Shown piece after piece: positions 38,546-52,510 of a stretch of 64,000 nucleotides of DNA; position 1 is the stretch's first letter; every line of letters starts with the position of its first letter. The notes below the pieces were generated by a model. The model did not search any database, was not told the origin of the DNA, and saw nothing but the letters and a program-made list of their open reading frames with translations. The position numbers were made by a program, and so were the translations under genes. The stretch comes from Camelus ferus (Eukaryota), in assembly GCF_009834535.1 (NCBI RefSeq), contig NC_045707.1, positions 63,304,001 through 63,368,000 on the forward strand, written 5' to 3'.

Positions 38546-41149
38546 GTATTTAGCTGATGTTTGCTGATAGGATATACGTCTTCCCTTTCTTGATCATGTC
38601 ATCCTGTTTTCCTTTGAGAAATTACCCCTCCCCAGATTCCATCTGCCCCTGGGGAGGAATCCCAGAACCATCTAATCTGCATCATCCCTGGAGATGGGCA
38701 CTCTGTTCAGGCAAAACACATTTCTTTCTCTCTCTCTCTCGCTCTCTCTCCCCCCTCAACTCCCTCCGGCTAAAACATTCTGATGACAGTGCCCCAAGAT
38801 CGTTAATTGGTGACTTCTGTCTGGATCCTCAAGGCTCTTCTTCCCAAGACATAATTATTTAATCCTTCATTTCTGTGACTTGGCCAGGATCCCACCATTG
38901 ATTTTCTCTTCTGCTTAGGTTTTCCTGAGTTGCTTTCAGATATTTGCAACTGACTAACTGATATATTAACCTTCCCACTCTGAAGAAAACCCCATGGTCA
39001 TCCCTCCCTTAGACACTTCCTTCATTTCACAGAGAAGGCTCTCCAATTTGCCTTTCATCCACCCATTTCCACCCATCCCTCAAGATCCAATACTTTTCAA
39101 TATCTATTCACGTTGATTTCCTTCTCTGTTCTTCTTTGACATCTAACAGACCACTCCTTTGTAAAACAGTACCTTGTACCATCCAGTATGTGACAATGTG
39201 TTTATCTTGTCTCAGCAACTGGCTCCTAACCCCCTTGGAAACAAAATCTATACCTTACTCATTGGTTTCCATGCAGTATTTAACATAGTGCTAAACCCAG
39301 AGGAGACATTCGGTCTCTATCAGCCTGCTGATTAAGATTAATCACAAAAAGTTTAGAATTTTTCCTTTCCCTGTCACTCAAAGTCCTATATTTTTGTGGA
39401 CTTATGAATTCTGCTCAGTCTGTTCTCACCTTAATTATGCCAGAATTTTCAAATGATCTCGGTTTATTACTGAACACAGTTGCCACACATTTTTGGCTAC
39501 TATTTGTGAATGGATAAAAATGGTTTCCTATGGTCTTAAGGAATGACAAGAAATTAATTTCCAGCACTATGTGAACAGTACATCTGGACAGTGTTTGGTT
39601 TTAGGTATTTACCAGCTCCTCCCCAAATTAAACCTAATCAAAACAGCAACATCTCACAGACCCAGCAAGTTTCCTTCCTGCCATCTGGTCTGAAATGGAA
39701 GTCAAGAAACATTAGTAGGTGGCAGTGGCTAAAGACTGAGAGTACCATTAGTACTTCTGATGTCTTCTTCCACTCTGAGTATTCAGCTTATGTATCTAAC
39801 TGGACACAAAGGTCTTCCAGGAATAGTATTCGATTCTTTAGCAAAGAATTTTCCTCTTTGTTTCCCATCTCCAGAAATATTAACATATCTCAATCAAATA
39901 CCCTAGCTGGTCCTTCTGAAATTTGACATCAAATCCTATAAGCATCATTTGAACCTCAGTAATGTCCAACCTTTAGAACATGATTTTGTTCCACCGTTTG
40001 TTATCATGGTGACCCAGAGATTTTTCTCTGGACTTAAGCGCATTCTGTGTCCGAGATCAGATATAAAAGTTTGGTTATTTTTTCTCATGTCAGCTGTAAT
40101 CTAAGACTCTCCACTTGTTTGCCACTTAACTGCTTAATGCCTCTTCCTTGATCTTCAGGAAAGCTGAGCTGGACCATCACGACAGCTTTAATCAAACAGG
40201 AAAACAGATTCTGGTCAGGTAAATAATGGACAAAAGAAACTGAGAGTCTTTGGCAAAGGAGATAAGACATTTCATATGATCCCAATGCTTCTGCAGAAAG
40301 CTCCTGACGTGCCCTGAAGCCCTCCCAAGTGCGAACTCTTCCATGCTTGCCTCTGCTTAGAGGATAAAATCAAAACTTCTTAACGTGAGATACAAACCTG
40401 ATCTGGCCCCCGCATAAATCTCCAACCTCATCTCACACCACTTTCCTTCTCAATCTTACAAAATACTCACCTCCCTTAGATTTTAAAGGCTTGGGCAAAA
40501 CAGTTCTTTAAAGTAAAAGTCCTAAAGAACTAGAAGTAAAAAGAAAAAGGAAGATCAAAAAAAAGCAATAATCAATCTGAAGTCATAAGGGAAGGACACA
40601 GCAAAGAAAGGAAAAGGAAGCTCTTAAGATTATCAGATTACATGCTATTATGTTGTTCTAGATACGCCGGACCATATCTAAGAGGCATATGAACTGGTGG
40701 TCTCCACTGCGACCACCCAAAATTTTAGCAGGAAGAATGAGGGAAGGAGGATCACAGCCGGAAACATCTCCTTCCTCTCTACCAAGAGGGAATGGACCTG
40801 GCTACGTACCACGCAATCCATCACAGACATCATCAAGTTTAAACATACTACAACCATGAATACTCCACATTGACCAAACTGTTCCATTTTATAGGTTTGT
40901 TTTTCCTTAGCCCTCTTCCTCTTCTCCTCTTCAATATGTAGCTTCTCCAACATGTAGATGCTTCAACCTCAGGGCAGTTGATAAATTGTGGATTATGCAA
41001 CAAAACCCATGACCATTGATCACTTAATCCACCATCAGCCCAGGCCAGCCACCATGGGATGGAGAGTCGCTGAGACACACTCTATTACACCAACATCCCA
41101 GTGGAAACCTTGGAGCTGGACAGTTCTCTAAGCTCCTCCGTTAACTAAA

Positions 41150-42370
41150 TTCTGCCTACTCAGTCCTCTCCCTCTTCTGTCGTTAACATGTCCCTCCAGG
41201 CCACCATGTCATCCTCTGGGTCCGTAACCCTTACTACAAATGGCTCGTACCCTTTACACAGACTCCTGCCTCCTGCTGTTTCTGCCCACACTTTCATCTC
41301 TATTTAAGTCTTCTGTCATCCACCCTCAGAGCCCGAGAGAGGGATGAGCACCTTCCTGGCTCTCCCACTGCTGCTTTTACATCACAGTTCCTACACATTC
41401 ATGAAAAAAACTCTCCTCTTCCGGAGTTAATGGAGCTCACTAATCCTTTCCCCCGTCTAGGCCTCCAAGTGGTACTCACATTTCAGAAGTCTGAAGCCTG
41501 ACTTACACCTTTCTTACCAACGTCCTTAAGGATTTCCCCTCAGTGTGTTTGATGTGTGTTCCAATAGGGCCTCACTGTTATTTTATCCCAGCTCATCTCC
41601 ACCTTTCGGTCTTCATTCCCCTTCATCCGTCCAACTTTGCAATAACATTCCTCCAACTCAATTAAACTGCAGTTAAAATTGCAATGAAACCACAACTAAA
41701 ATTCCTGCAACTCACCCTGAAACCTGAAACCGCCTTTCTCTGACAGACCATCGCTCCACCTCCCCTGCCTCATCACTCTACTCCGACTTCTTAGGCCCAT
41801 GGTGACGTCTATTCTCCATCCCAATCTATCTTCCATGACTGTCACTCCCGTTATGAGTTCTCTTGCCTCTCCAGCTCTCTGGAAACCACAGCCTATCATT
41901 TCAACAACGGTTTCAACGTCACCCCAGGTGTTGTACCCTCCTGATTGCTTGCCATGTGTCTGTCAGCCTCCCAGGTTGAATCTCCCACATCTGCTTTCTC
42001 TCTTCCCATTCCCTGGGTTCTTAAAACTTGCAGAGAGGTACCAAGGAGTGTTGGATATTTCCCCTACAAAGACAAGCTACCAAACAGCTAGTAAACCTTT
42101 GGCTACTTTCTGGCAATGTTTTCGCTCTCTTCTATCTCTATCTATCGCTTCTCTATCTGAACATCACTTGCACAAGGCTCTTCAAACACATGTTTTCTCA
42201 TCCTTTCCCTTAACCAGTGCTCTTAAAGGCCTAGTCTACAATCACCCCATCCATTTCTTCACACTCCACTCACTCGTTAACAGAACCTATTGGCTCTCTT
42301 CCTACCACACTAATGAAATTTGAGGAAGTTCATCAATTGTATTGCTTTCTTTTTAGTTCCTCAAACTCCT
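41150..42370 (+). mobile_element. Probable ancient L2 ORF2 (endonuclease-region) fragment
   Basis: Pyrimidine-rich; tctctgacagaccatcgctcc resembles the L2 SDH-motif region. Boundaries are uncertain. Confidence 0.4.
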
Positions 42371-43619
42371 TGACTCTAATAAACTACTGACATGGCCACA
42401 CAGCCTGCTGACAAGAGTACAGACCTGACCAGATGACCCAAGCCTGGCTCAGCCATCCCTCTCATGCAGTAGAGATGAGTCGGGCACCAAAATTCCAAAA
42501 CAGGCACCCACGTGGCAGCCAGCCCAGACCCACTGAGCCGACAAGCCCAGCTGTCACCAGCCAATCAGTAGCACTTGGGGACTTCCCTTTCCCAACAGAG
42601 GACAGAGACAATCCCTGGTCTTTCAGGTTGTAAGAAGCACCCCATTTCTCCTCCCCTGGACTAGATCCTCCAGAGCCTGGTCTCTGCACTGAATTCAGTT
42701 TCCTGTTTGGCAGGAAATTTTACCTCTCAGTACTCACCTCTCTTTAACAATACTTTTCACCTATATCTTCCAACAAAGTGCCTAAAAAGTGGTATCTGTA
42801 TTGCAACATCCGTGATTTATATTTCAATATTGGTCAAAATTACTTCTCATGACTTTTCACGCCCTATATATTAACCTACCCAAAAGGTTTTGGAAACTCC
42901 TGACATCTGTGGCTTCTCTGAAGAGAACTCACTTGTTTAGCTGTCCTGTGGAACTTTCACCGAGTACCTCCCATTTTCTGTAAACGATAGGAACTGCTGA
43001 TCTTACAAAATGAGTGCAATATAGTGCCTGACTTCAAAGAGTTCACATTCCGGGGGAGCAAAGAGGACAGCAAGAAAGGCCTATAACCAGAGAGATAATG
43101 ACTATGAGAGATGAGCGCACAAAGTCTTCTAAGAGAAGGGAGGAGGAGGATGGCTATCTCCTCTTGGCATAGTCAAGAAGCCTCCATTTATATTCCTAAA
43201 TAGATTGGAATCCAACTCTTTTGTCACTATTTCTTTTTCTTTCTCTATGGGCCATTACGGTATTTGTAATGCAATCTAAACAGAATGTTTAATGACAGAA
43301 GGGCTCCTATTATTAACAGTTTTTTTAAAAAACTGGGATTATGCTTGGAGTACATTAACCTACACTCCCCTACTTCCGTGAACATGAGACCTAAATTTTA
43401 TTTTCAGTGGGAAACTACACAGAATAATCACATGCTTTAAGTGTGTACACACAATACTATCAGTAGAACCCCAGCATCAGAAATATGATCACATACACAT
43501 ATGTGTATACTTTCCTGGGTGTACATATGCCCATGTGCACATATACCACCACTGTAAATTTCGTGTAACTTTCCTACTGTAGTCAGGCCACACAATAAAT
43601 CTGAAAACTATGTCTGGAG

Positions 43620-44125
43620 TACTGGTAGCTGTTTTTTGCTCAGCATCTCTTCTCTAGAAACTCCTCTTCTTTGCAACACACACTCTCATCCACAAGGTGA
43701 AGCAAAAGATGTCGTGTCCCTATGATGTGCATTGTCTAGACACAGTGACCAGAGACAGTCACATGACTCAAACAAGGAAAATCAATACACTCCCTATGAG
43801 TTTGGAAATTCATCAAGGTCAGTTTCATTCTTGGGGCCTGCTTGGCAATAGGCAAAACCTGGGAACTTTTGGCAGCAATATTCCACCTTGTGAATCAAAG
43901 ATCAGAGGAAGTCTGCCCACAGCGAGAGAGTGAAGCAAAGCAGACGAAGCACTGATGAGGACCTAAAATGGAATTCCCTAATTTCTCGCAGCGCTCCAAG
44001 CTTCAGGTCCATCCCTGACGTGGGATTCTTTGAGACACGCCAACATTTTTCTTGTACATTTCCCTTTTTGCTTAAGCTCAAATTGAGTTTGTGTAACTTG
44101 GTAATTTAAAAAGTGCTGACTAATG
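43620..44125. mobile_element. LTR16-like ERVL LTR, degenerate
   Basis: gtcacatgactcaaac and end ttccctttttgcttaagc...gagtttgtgtaacttg...aagtgctgactaat. Confidence 0.55.
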
Positions 44126-44787
44126 AAATTCTGTATAACCAGTTATAATAGGAGGAACAGATCACTCAAGCATTGTAGGCGGTGCACCAGCAGACTGGCC
44201 AACAAAAATCAGAACTCTCACTGGCTGTGATAGGCAATTCAGAATACATAGTGAAGCTAGAAGACAGAAATCACAGAGCTGCTTTTACCTTAAACCTTAA
44301 AGTCATTCTTGCTCTTCTGTCTCCCCAGTGTTTACATTTTCTTATCTTTTGTCCCTCCCCAAGTCCTACCAATTCTTTAAAATATCTTTCATAAATATAC
44401 TGTCTTATCCATTTTAATTACAACTACTCTATTGCAGAGTTTCTTAGGGTTTCTAGTCCAGGGGGAAATGGACCCCTGTTTCCAATCTTCTCATGTCCAC
44501 ACATTTTGCATGTTTTTCTTAGGCAGATTATAAAAATTATACATATCATGCTTCCAGTTCTTAAATTTCCAGTGGCTCTTATTGTTAACTGAGTAATAAT
44601 TTTAAAATTTAGCCAGGCATCGAGCCCTTTCACAATCCAGTTTCCATCTACCTCTCAAACTTACATACCCCTTCTTCTCTCTCTGACTTCTGAATATGTC
44701 ATCAATGTAATTGTCATCATCAGACTGAGTACAATGGGTCAGGCACCATGCTTGTGATTCTGTAATCCCCATAATACTTGTAACAAC

Positions 44788-47420
44788 TGTGGTGGTTTTC
44801 ACACGAGTCCTCAAATCCTTTGATACTATGTCCCCTCTGCTAGAATCTAGACCAACCTAAGTTTGTAAGTAACAGAATGCACCAACAGTGACTGTTCAAC
44901 TTCCTAGGCTAGGTCAGGAAGGGTAATACAGCCTCTGCCTTGCTAAAAGGAAAAGAAAAAATAAAAAGATGTGACTAACACAAACTACGTAACTATTTAT
45001 AATGGAATTAACAGGCAGTGTCACTCTCTTGGTACCCTCAGCTTTGGAGGTCTGAATCACCAGTAACAAGTCTGAAAACATTAGGCCGCCATGCTGCAAG
45101 GAAGCTCAGGCCACAAGGGGAGACCACTCATAAATGTTCCCCAGAAAAGCCTCAACTGAGAGCCCAGACAACAGCCAACACCAAGGAAAGACAGTTAGTA
45201 AAGGCCTCTCCAGATGATTCTGGTACCCAGCGGTCAAGTCACTCCTAGCCGTCAAGCCTTCCCAGCTGAGACACTGAAGAGCAGCAATGAGTCACTCCCT
45301 GCTCTGTGCTGTCCATACTCCTGACCCACAGAATCCACTGGGCATTAAAAAAAAAAAATTTTTTTTATTGTTACATTTTAGAGTGGTTTCTCATTCAGCA
45401 ATACCACTTGGAACCTGGAAGTAGGGCACTGTCCTAACAAAAGCCTTAAAACATGTGACACTGGCGTTGGGACTGGACTGTTGATAAAAGCTTGGAAGAT
45501 CCCTGAGGGGTTCCTTTAGCAAAAGCTTCATGGCTGTTGAGGAAGCTGTTGGGGATGGCTTAAAGGATATTAAGGTAAATGGTATCAGAAGCTGAAGGAA
45601 AGGGGACCTTTGTTATTTAGTGGAAGAAAGTTTAGCAACACTGTTGCCTGCAGGACCATGGAAAATAAGAAATACAACTATTGAGCTATGTTTTCTAGCT
45701 AAGAGGATTTCCAGGCAGAATACTATCAGTGCCAACTGGCTGCTTCTCACTGGCCAAGAAAAATGCAAGATAGCAGAGATAAGCTGAAGAACATACTGTC
45801 CAGTATCCAAGCAAAGTTTAGAAGAAATAGAGAAGAACCAGGACTTGCTGAGCTTGAAATTAAAACTCTTTCTCCTTCCTAGCTTCTCCATATGGCAAAA
45901 GATTCTCAAAGTAAGAAACAACCTTGGGGAAAAAAATGCAGGTCACTGTCAGGAGCACAGAGATCTAAAGATGAAGCCAAGGGATATGACTTTAGAAACT
46001 GTTAAGGCTTCAGACACTCTTAATGCGATGCCCCAGAGACCTCTTCCAAAATACAAAAGGTTTTCTAAGGATCTTAAGGGTGGGCCTCAAAAACCCTCTC
46101 TGTTAAATAATAGAGCATCTAAAAATGTTATGGGCATTATTTTGCAAAGCCTCAAGGTAGACAAAGGTTCTTCTTAAAGAGACCTGTATGCATAGCTTTG
46201 CCTAATGAAATGAATATAACTTGATACATAAAAAGCCAATAGTTTTTTACATAATTATAACCTGTTCAGACTTAAAGCAACAGAACCAATACGAAAGAAA
46301 AGCAGGCTTTTGGATCCCGAACTTTTTACTGGTAGGAAGCAAGCTGAGAAGGCTATTTAATTGCAGACTACAAACTACTTTTTAACTGGAAAAGAAATGA
46401 TGCCTCTGAAAGAAAAACTAAGAGCCCAAAGGGTGTGACCAAGTGCCAGGAAGAACACCCCTCAGGGAGCATCACTGAGCCATAATTAAGGAATGGCCAA
46501 TATGTGCCCGCTTGAATTTCAGAACTGCTATGGGCCAGTGACGGCTGTATCCTCCCATTTTCTTCATTCTTGAATGGAAAAGCCTACTGCAGTAATCATA
46601 GTCCCATCTCGCCATTGTCTGTTATGGGGGAAAGAGAATAGATAATATATCTCTTTAGTCAGCAGATCTGCAGAGCAAGAGGAACCATGCCCAGGAAACC
46701 AAACCCAAGAAGTCTTGCCTGCATCTGGACCTAAATTAGATAATGAGATCCTGAATCTCAAACTTCAGCCTAATGCTAAAATGAAATGACACCTACTGGT
46801 GACTGTATTTTGTACATGGAATGAGTGTGAGTAATTTGTGGCCAGAGAGAAGACTGAATTGATTTTAAAACAAGTCCACCAGTTCCTGGACACTCCCCAT
46901 CAAGATCTATGCCCTCTTCTAGAAAGTCAGGGTCATCCTTAGTGACTCAGTTGTAACTATTATATAGAAGTGATGTTGTGTGACTTCTGAGGGTAAGTCA
47001 CCAAAGGTCATACAGCTTCCACCTAGTTCTTTTAAGACACTCATCTTTGGAGCGCTGAACTGCCAAGTAAGAAATCTAACCACCTTGAGGCCACTTCTGC
47101 TTTGAGCAAGCCCAGACAACATGAGAAGGCTGCATGTAGATGCTATAGTTAGCAGGCCCATTTGACATCCCAGAAGACTGACAGAACAATCAGCAGAAAC
47201 ATTAGGGAAGATGGTCCAGGTGGTTCTGACCTACAGCTGTCAAGTCAAGCTCAGTATCAAGTCTCCCCAGCTGAGGTCCCTGACACCACTGAGCAAAGAC
47301 AGAGTCTCCATCGGGCCTTTTCACATTCCTGGCCCGCTGAAACTTTGAATGTAATAAAAGGCTTGTTTTACACCACTAAACTCTGTGGTAGTTCCTTTGG
47401 CCATGATAGTAACCAGAACA
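44788..47420 (+). mobile_element. MaLR element: MLT1(G/H-like) LTR - internal region - LTR
   Basis: 5' LTR about 44788-45414 and 3' LTR about 46855-47420 share collinear motifs (acttcctaggctaggtca / acttctgagggtaagtca; cccagctgag; ctcctgacccacagaa / ttcctggcccgctgaaa). A purine-rich tract precedes the 3' LTR, and the internal region is about 1.44 kb. Confidence 0.75.
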
Positions 47421-48029
47421 ATACTGTCATGGAAGAATTCATACTTTCTGTTTCCAAACAAGAAAACCAGGATGAAGAGTTTAAGTAATGAACCAAGATC
47501 ACCAAGAAGCAGAGCAAACATTCTAAAACGGACCTTTCTGATTCTAAACTCGTTTATAATGTTACACTATCTCCCAGAAACCCTTATCTCTTATCTTTTC
47601 TTACTAACATTCCCCCACCAAGGATTATATGCCCACATCATCTGCTTCTCTAAGACCAAACCATCATTCAGGACCACTTTAAATCCTATCTCCTCCATGA
47701 AGCACATCCCTAGAGTCCAACCCTTAGCAACTGCTTCCTCTTCTAAACTGTCTTAAACTTATTTTCTACAACTTTCATTTGACAAGGAGTGAACGCTAGC
47801 ATCACTCATTCACCATTAGTGAATTCATTGCTTTTCTGATGCACATTCCTTGGCTACCCTCTTGAATTATATCCCTGGACAAGGGCTGAAAACCCAAATG
47901 CCTTCAGAATGAAAGCAGGTGTATACAGTGGTGAAGTGGACTAGGTCAAAAGAACAGAAGTGGCCTGGGTTAGGTTACACTGGGAAGTGAATGTAAATGG
48001 TCCACATCATCCAGCTCCAACACACACAT

Positions 48030-48212
48030 CTTCATAGCCATCACCACCTGACATTTCATATATTTATTTGTTTAATGTCACTCTCCTCATTAAAATATAA
48101 GTTTACTGAGAGCAGGAATCTGATCTGCTTTGTCCACTGCTATATCACCAGAGCCTAGAACAATACCTGACACTCAGTCAGTAAATACCTGTTGAAGGAA
48201 TAAATGAACAAA
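48030..48212 (+). mobile_element. L2a 3' end
   Basis: tgagagcagg...tccactgctatatcaccagagcctagaaca...tgttgaaggaataaatgaa. Confidence 0.75.
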
Positions 48213-50099
48213 TATAGCCAAGTAGAAATGTGAGCCTGGTGTCCCAAGAGTTTCCAATTTTTCAAGAGAAGCCAGAAATAAATAATGCTATGTGCAGTTT
48301 CTCAATTTCTAAATGTTGACAACTAATTAGGAAAATGTTAAGCCATTTTTAGGGATGAGTAAACAAAACACATTTACAGGCTCGGAGTCCATCTGAAGGC
48401 GGCCCTGCGATTGCTATACTGGAGGGATCTTAGACTTTTTTTTAGTCTTCCTAATTACTCAGAATGGTGCCTTGAAAAGTACGCATAACTTGATAAGCAA
48501 ATAATGATGCTTCAAATATGCACACTTGAGGCATTGCCTCCATCCAGCTGTGCATTATTAAGATGCTACTCAAGATTTTCTCTCATATCCCAAAGGAAAC
48601 TGCTTTAGCTTCTGACCCAACATGACCACCTGGACTTCATATGACCATCCCACACCTCAGAATCTAAAGCTAAACTTCCACTTCTTCCAGCTGCTAAAAG
48701 TTCAGAATTGTCACTCCCACGTGTTCCCAGGAACAAAGAGGAACGGCAATAAAAAGCAAATAGATTAGATTTCCAAGGGGTGACAAAAAAAGAGAACCAG
48801 GCTTTAAACTTTAGTTCCACAGTATAAACAAGGGCTCCCAATAGCAGTTTTGTTTTCCTTTTTACTATTCTTAGGATTTTTAGATCATACAACAAAAATT
48901 TTATTTCAGTTGACCTTCTGACGTTCTCTGGTAGCATGTTTTTATCTTTCCCACATAAAAATTATTAAGTAGGAATTTTAAAATGTTTACTAATTACTGG
49001 AATTCTTAATTCTAATAAGAGTCACATCTAAATAATTAGTGTGTCTGGTTTTAAATAAGGATCACTTAGCAACAAGCATAACTGTGCAGAGCTGAGAACA
49101 CTTTTAAGATGCTTTAAAGAAAACATACTAGGGAGAAACATTTCCAATGTACCCTATGCTGCTAATGAACCCACAGCGAGTCAGTCATCAACTTTTAAAG
49201 ATGTTAAAGGAAAGATGTCTTAGTGTTCCTTTTCTGTGTATGGTCCAACATGTGCAGCCTTGAAGGTACCCATAGGAGACATCAACAAACATCAGAGGGA
49301 CTCAACCTAGCAAATAAGTCCTAAAGAGCAAAAAAATGTCTTCCTCCTAGCCTCCTAGAGCCAGCATTTAGGGTATTATTTTAATGATTATGTGGATTCA
49401 CTCACCATACACAGTTCTTTAATAGTGGCATTAATTTTGTATGCAGGCAGATTTTATTTTTTAAATAGGTTCTTCGGTGACTTCAATTGAAAGTAACAGT
49501 GAGAAAATTTTACTTAGCCAAATACATTATTCAAAATTTACGTTATTATAGAGCTATGAACTTCCTACAGAAGAAAAATACAGATGTTTATTCACTTCTT
49601 CTGTTATGGTTGAGCGGCACTGAATACGACGGCCACTGTTGGAGAGAGTCAGTACCTGAATTCTCACACAGACACCGAGATGAAACAGTGAAACACGACT
49701 CCTAAGGCACAGGGAGTCTAATGAGGATGAGGAGTCCCAAATTTGGGATCAGACCAATAGAAGTCAGTCCTGCAGTGCTAACACTTGCTTACTTTCTGAC
49801 TCTGGTAAAGTTACTTAATCTCTTGAAATCTAAATTTACTTTATTCATCAGGAAAGATGAAATTATAATACCTTGCTTTACAGCTGATATGAAAACTAGA
49901 ATAAATGCACATGTATTCTATAAGCCATTGAAATGAGGAGGAAGTTGTTAAGTCAGCATGGCCTGACTTAGCCTGACTAACGCAATACAGTAGCAAGTAA
50001 AAAGTGCCTCGAACACCATGGTGTCACAAAGAATCGTCATAAAGAATCCAACTGATTCTTGGTATAAATTTAATACAGAGAGTGAATTCTCTAGGCTGC

Positions 50100-50590
50100 C
50101 TATATATCGCCCTTCTCTGAGCACAGATTTCTCTACACTTGGGTGCTGTGGGCTAAAAGAGGCTTTGCACCTTACAGAAATTCTAGCACATTGGCAGAAG
50201 AACTTCTGCACAAAAAAAGTTCACTGAGCATTGTTGTTCATCATTGAAAATCAGAAAAATTTAAATGTTCATCTACAGGAGGGTGACCAATTTTGATGTA
50301 TTCATTCAACGATTCTATTCAGATAAACCCCCAAACCATAACTTGAAGCAAAAAAATAAAATGAAATGAAATAAAAATAAGTTGCAGAATGGTACCTATA
50401 CTATAAAACCACTTATATGTAATTTTAAAGCATGAAATGTATTGTAAATAGACTGATACATACTTAATAACTGAATGATAATATGCCTGGAAATGGCATC
50501 CTCCAGATTCGGGGCAGTAATCCTCTCTAAGGGAGGAGATGAGGCAGGGAGATCAGACAGGTGCACACAGAGGGCTTCAACTCTATCCAA
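50100..50590 (+). mobile_element. Old L1 (L1ME-like) fragments
   Basis: agaaattctagcaca...gttcactgagcattgtt...aaatgttcatctacagga. Confidence 0.55.
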
Positions 50591-50886
50591 TGCGTATAAA
50601 CAAAAACGGGCCATTTCCCGTAAGAGACAACAGCCTTTTCAGAGACACTCAGGAGACGAAGAGGGAGGGATGGCAGGGGTAGGGGAGGTGGTTAAAGTAA
50701 CAAGAAGCCTGGGTATAGAAGAGACATTCCTCTCTGACTCTTCAAAACCAGGAAGATAATTTTCCTTCTAAGGATTAAAGAAAGAATTCAGTGACATAAG
50801 ATGTGGAAAAGATAGAAACAATTCACTGTTAATCCAGAAAGCAGTGCACATCATCCAAAAACACCATCGAAGCGCGAAATACTTAC

Positions 50887-51160
50887 TGTAACCCCACTCT
50901 TGGTGGTAGTTTCTCTGTAGGTGAAGTTGCAAATTGCCCAGGCTAAATAGTATGTGGACATGAGAGGGGTCTGTGAGAAGTGGTCCGTAACCCATCCATC
51001 TTCCTCAAACACGGACGTTTCCACTGGCATATTGGATAAAGACAAGTAGGTCGCTTGATGTCTGATGCTGATTTTGAAAGTAGCCTTGTAAATGGGCTCA
51101 TCAAAACACGGAAATGCCTTCCTGGCATGTGTGGGCGAAAACTGAGTAACACCAAGGAAT
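50887..51160 (-). CDS. TRHDE: TRHDE coding exon 2 (274 bp)
   Basis: Acceptor ttttctttcttccag|A completes the split Arg codon (AG+A) from exon 1. It reads [91 protein letters not shown], with the M1-family [18 protein letters not shown] and SNMP motifs. Donor ACA|GTAAGT, phase 0. Confidence 0.97.
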
Positions 51161-52066
51161 CTGGAAGAAAGAAAATGGCATTCTCAATCACATGTATGGC
51201 TCGAGTTAAGCTATGGACACTTTAACATCAGCTTCTGCTGATGAAATAATATATGTTTGCCAAATGACAGGATACTTTTTTTTGGAACCAAACTTAAGTG
51301 CATGAATAGCTTGAAAGCATAAATCATATGTATTTCCCCAACAATAAATATCCTTCGGGGAAGTTTTTGTCTCAATTAAATTCTCTAAACCCAGAGCTCT
51401 ATGTATTAGACAAAACATGACACTTTATAGAAAAACAACCCATTGTCATCACGTTGGCAATTACTGGGACATCATGGTCCTCCTTTTTGGCATATCTCAC
51501 TCTCCTCTCTGAACCTGTACAACCAAGTAAAGACAGTGAAGCCAAAATCCAAAACTTGCCATCAAATACATAGACCATCACTCAGAAACATTCGTGTCCT
51601 CAAACTTCAGCAAGACGTGGCCTGGTTTCGTTAAGGAAATGGACATTGAAACCTGACAAAACTTGCTCTGAATTCTGGCTCCGAAACACTTCTTAGCCGC
51701 ACCATCTTGGAAGGTTACTAAATTTCCCTAAGGTGTAGATGTTTGCTGCTTACAGAGAAATAATCAAGCCTAACTTAAAAAGCATTGTAAAGCTTAGCAG
51801 AATAGAAAAGGGGGCTGTAAAGCACCTGTCACTGTGAACAGATAAACAGCGCCCAGCAGGCAGTTAATAGACGGCAGCACTGACTCACAGTATCTTCAGC
51901 CCTTCCTGGAGTGCTGTACCATCCATTTACACAGAATGATCCAGAGACCGCCGATTTTTACTACTCACAATAGATATTTACTAAATAAATTATGCATTAT
52001 TATGCTTGAATATAATAAAGTAAATTAACATAATAAATACCTGTAGAATAAAGAAGCTTGTCAATA

Positions 52067-52093
52067 TGTGTGTGTGTGTGTGTGTGTGTGTGT
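52067..52093. repeat. (TG)13 microsatellite
   Basis: Read directly. Confidence 0.95.
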
Positions 52094-52247
52094 ATTTATA
52101 AAATATTTAATGCCCTCAAGTTTTCAGATCAAGCCACAAAGATGCATCTCATTAAAACTCTAACCAGAAGCATCCTCTCTACGTTCTTTCACTGTTACTG
52201 GTTACCAATGAAAACACTCAAACTTTAAGTACTTTAAGAAGGACCCT

Positions 52248-52510
52248 CTTTTATTTTAATTTATTTTATTTATTTTAATTTATTTTATTTTATTTTATTA
52301 TTTAGACTATTATCATATGCTGTTTCTTTTTAAACAGAAATATAGCCAGTTACAATGTATCAATTTCTGCAGTACGGCACAGTCTTGCATATACATACAT
52401 GTATTCGTTTTCATACTCTTTTTCATTATAGGTTACTACAAGATGTTGAATATAATTCCCTGTGCTAGACAGAAGAAATTTGTTTTTTATCTATTTTATT
52501 TATAGCAGGG
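52248..52510 (-). mobile_element. Young L1 3' end with a (TTTTA)n-like tail
   Basis: Resembles the reverse complement of the L1 3'UTR at 22450-22640 (tgaatataattccctgtgcta...; tattcgttttcatact). Confidence 0.8.

Larger units (their letters stand above)
1..50886 (-). other. TRHDE: TRHDE intron 2 (partial)
   Basis: Begins with GTAAGT after exon 2. The expected next peptide (VRLYARPDAIRRGSGDYAL..., from recall) was not found in the window. Confidence 0.85.

Noticed and set aside
41799..42323. 174-aa Ser/Leu/Pro-rich ORF
   Set aside because: It lies in pyrimidine-rich, probably L2-derived sequence, and its composition reflects base bias.
50851..51191. Two separate track ORFs over exon 2, suggesting a frameshift
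   Set aside because: Exon 2 reads in a single open frame from 51160 to 50887; the 82-aa ORF is an alternative frame.
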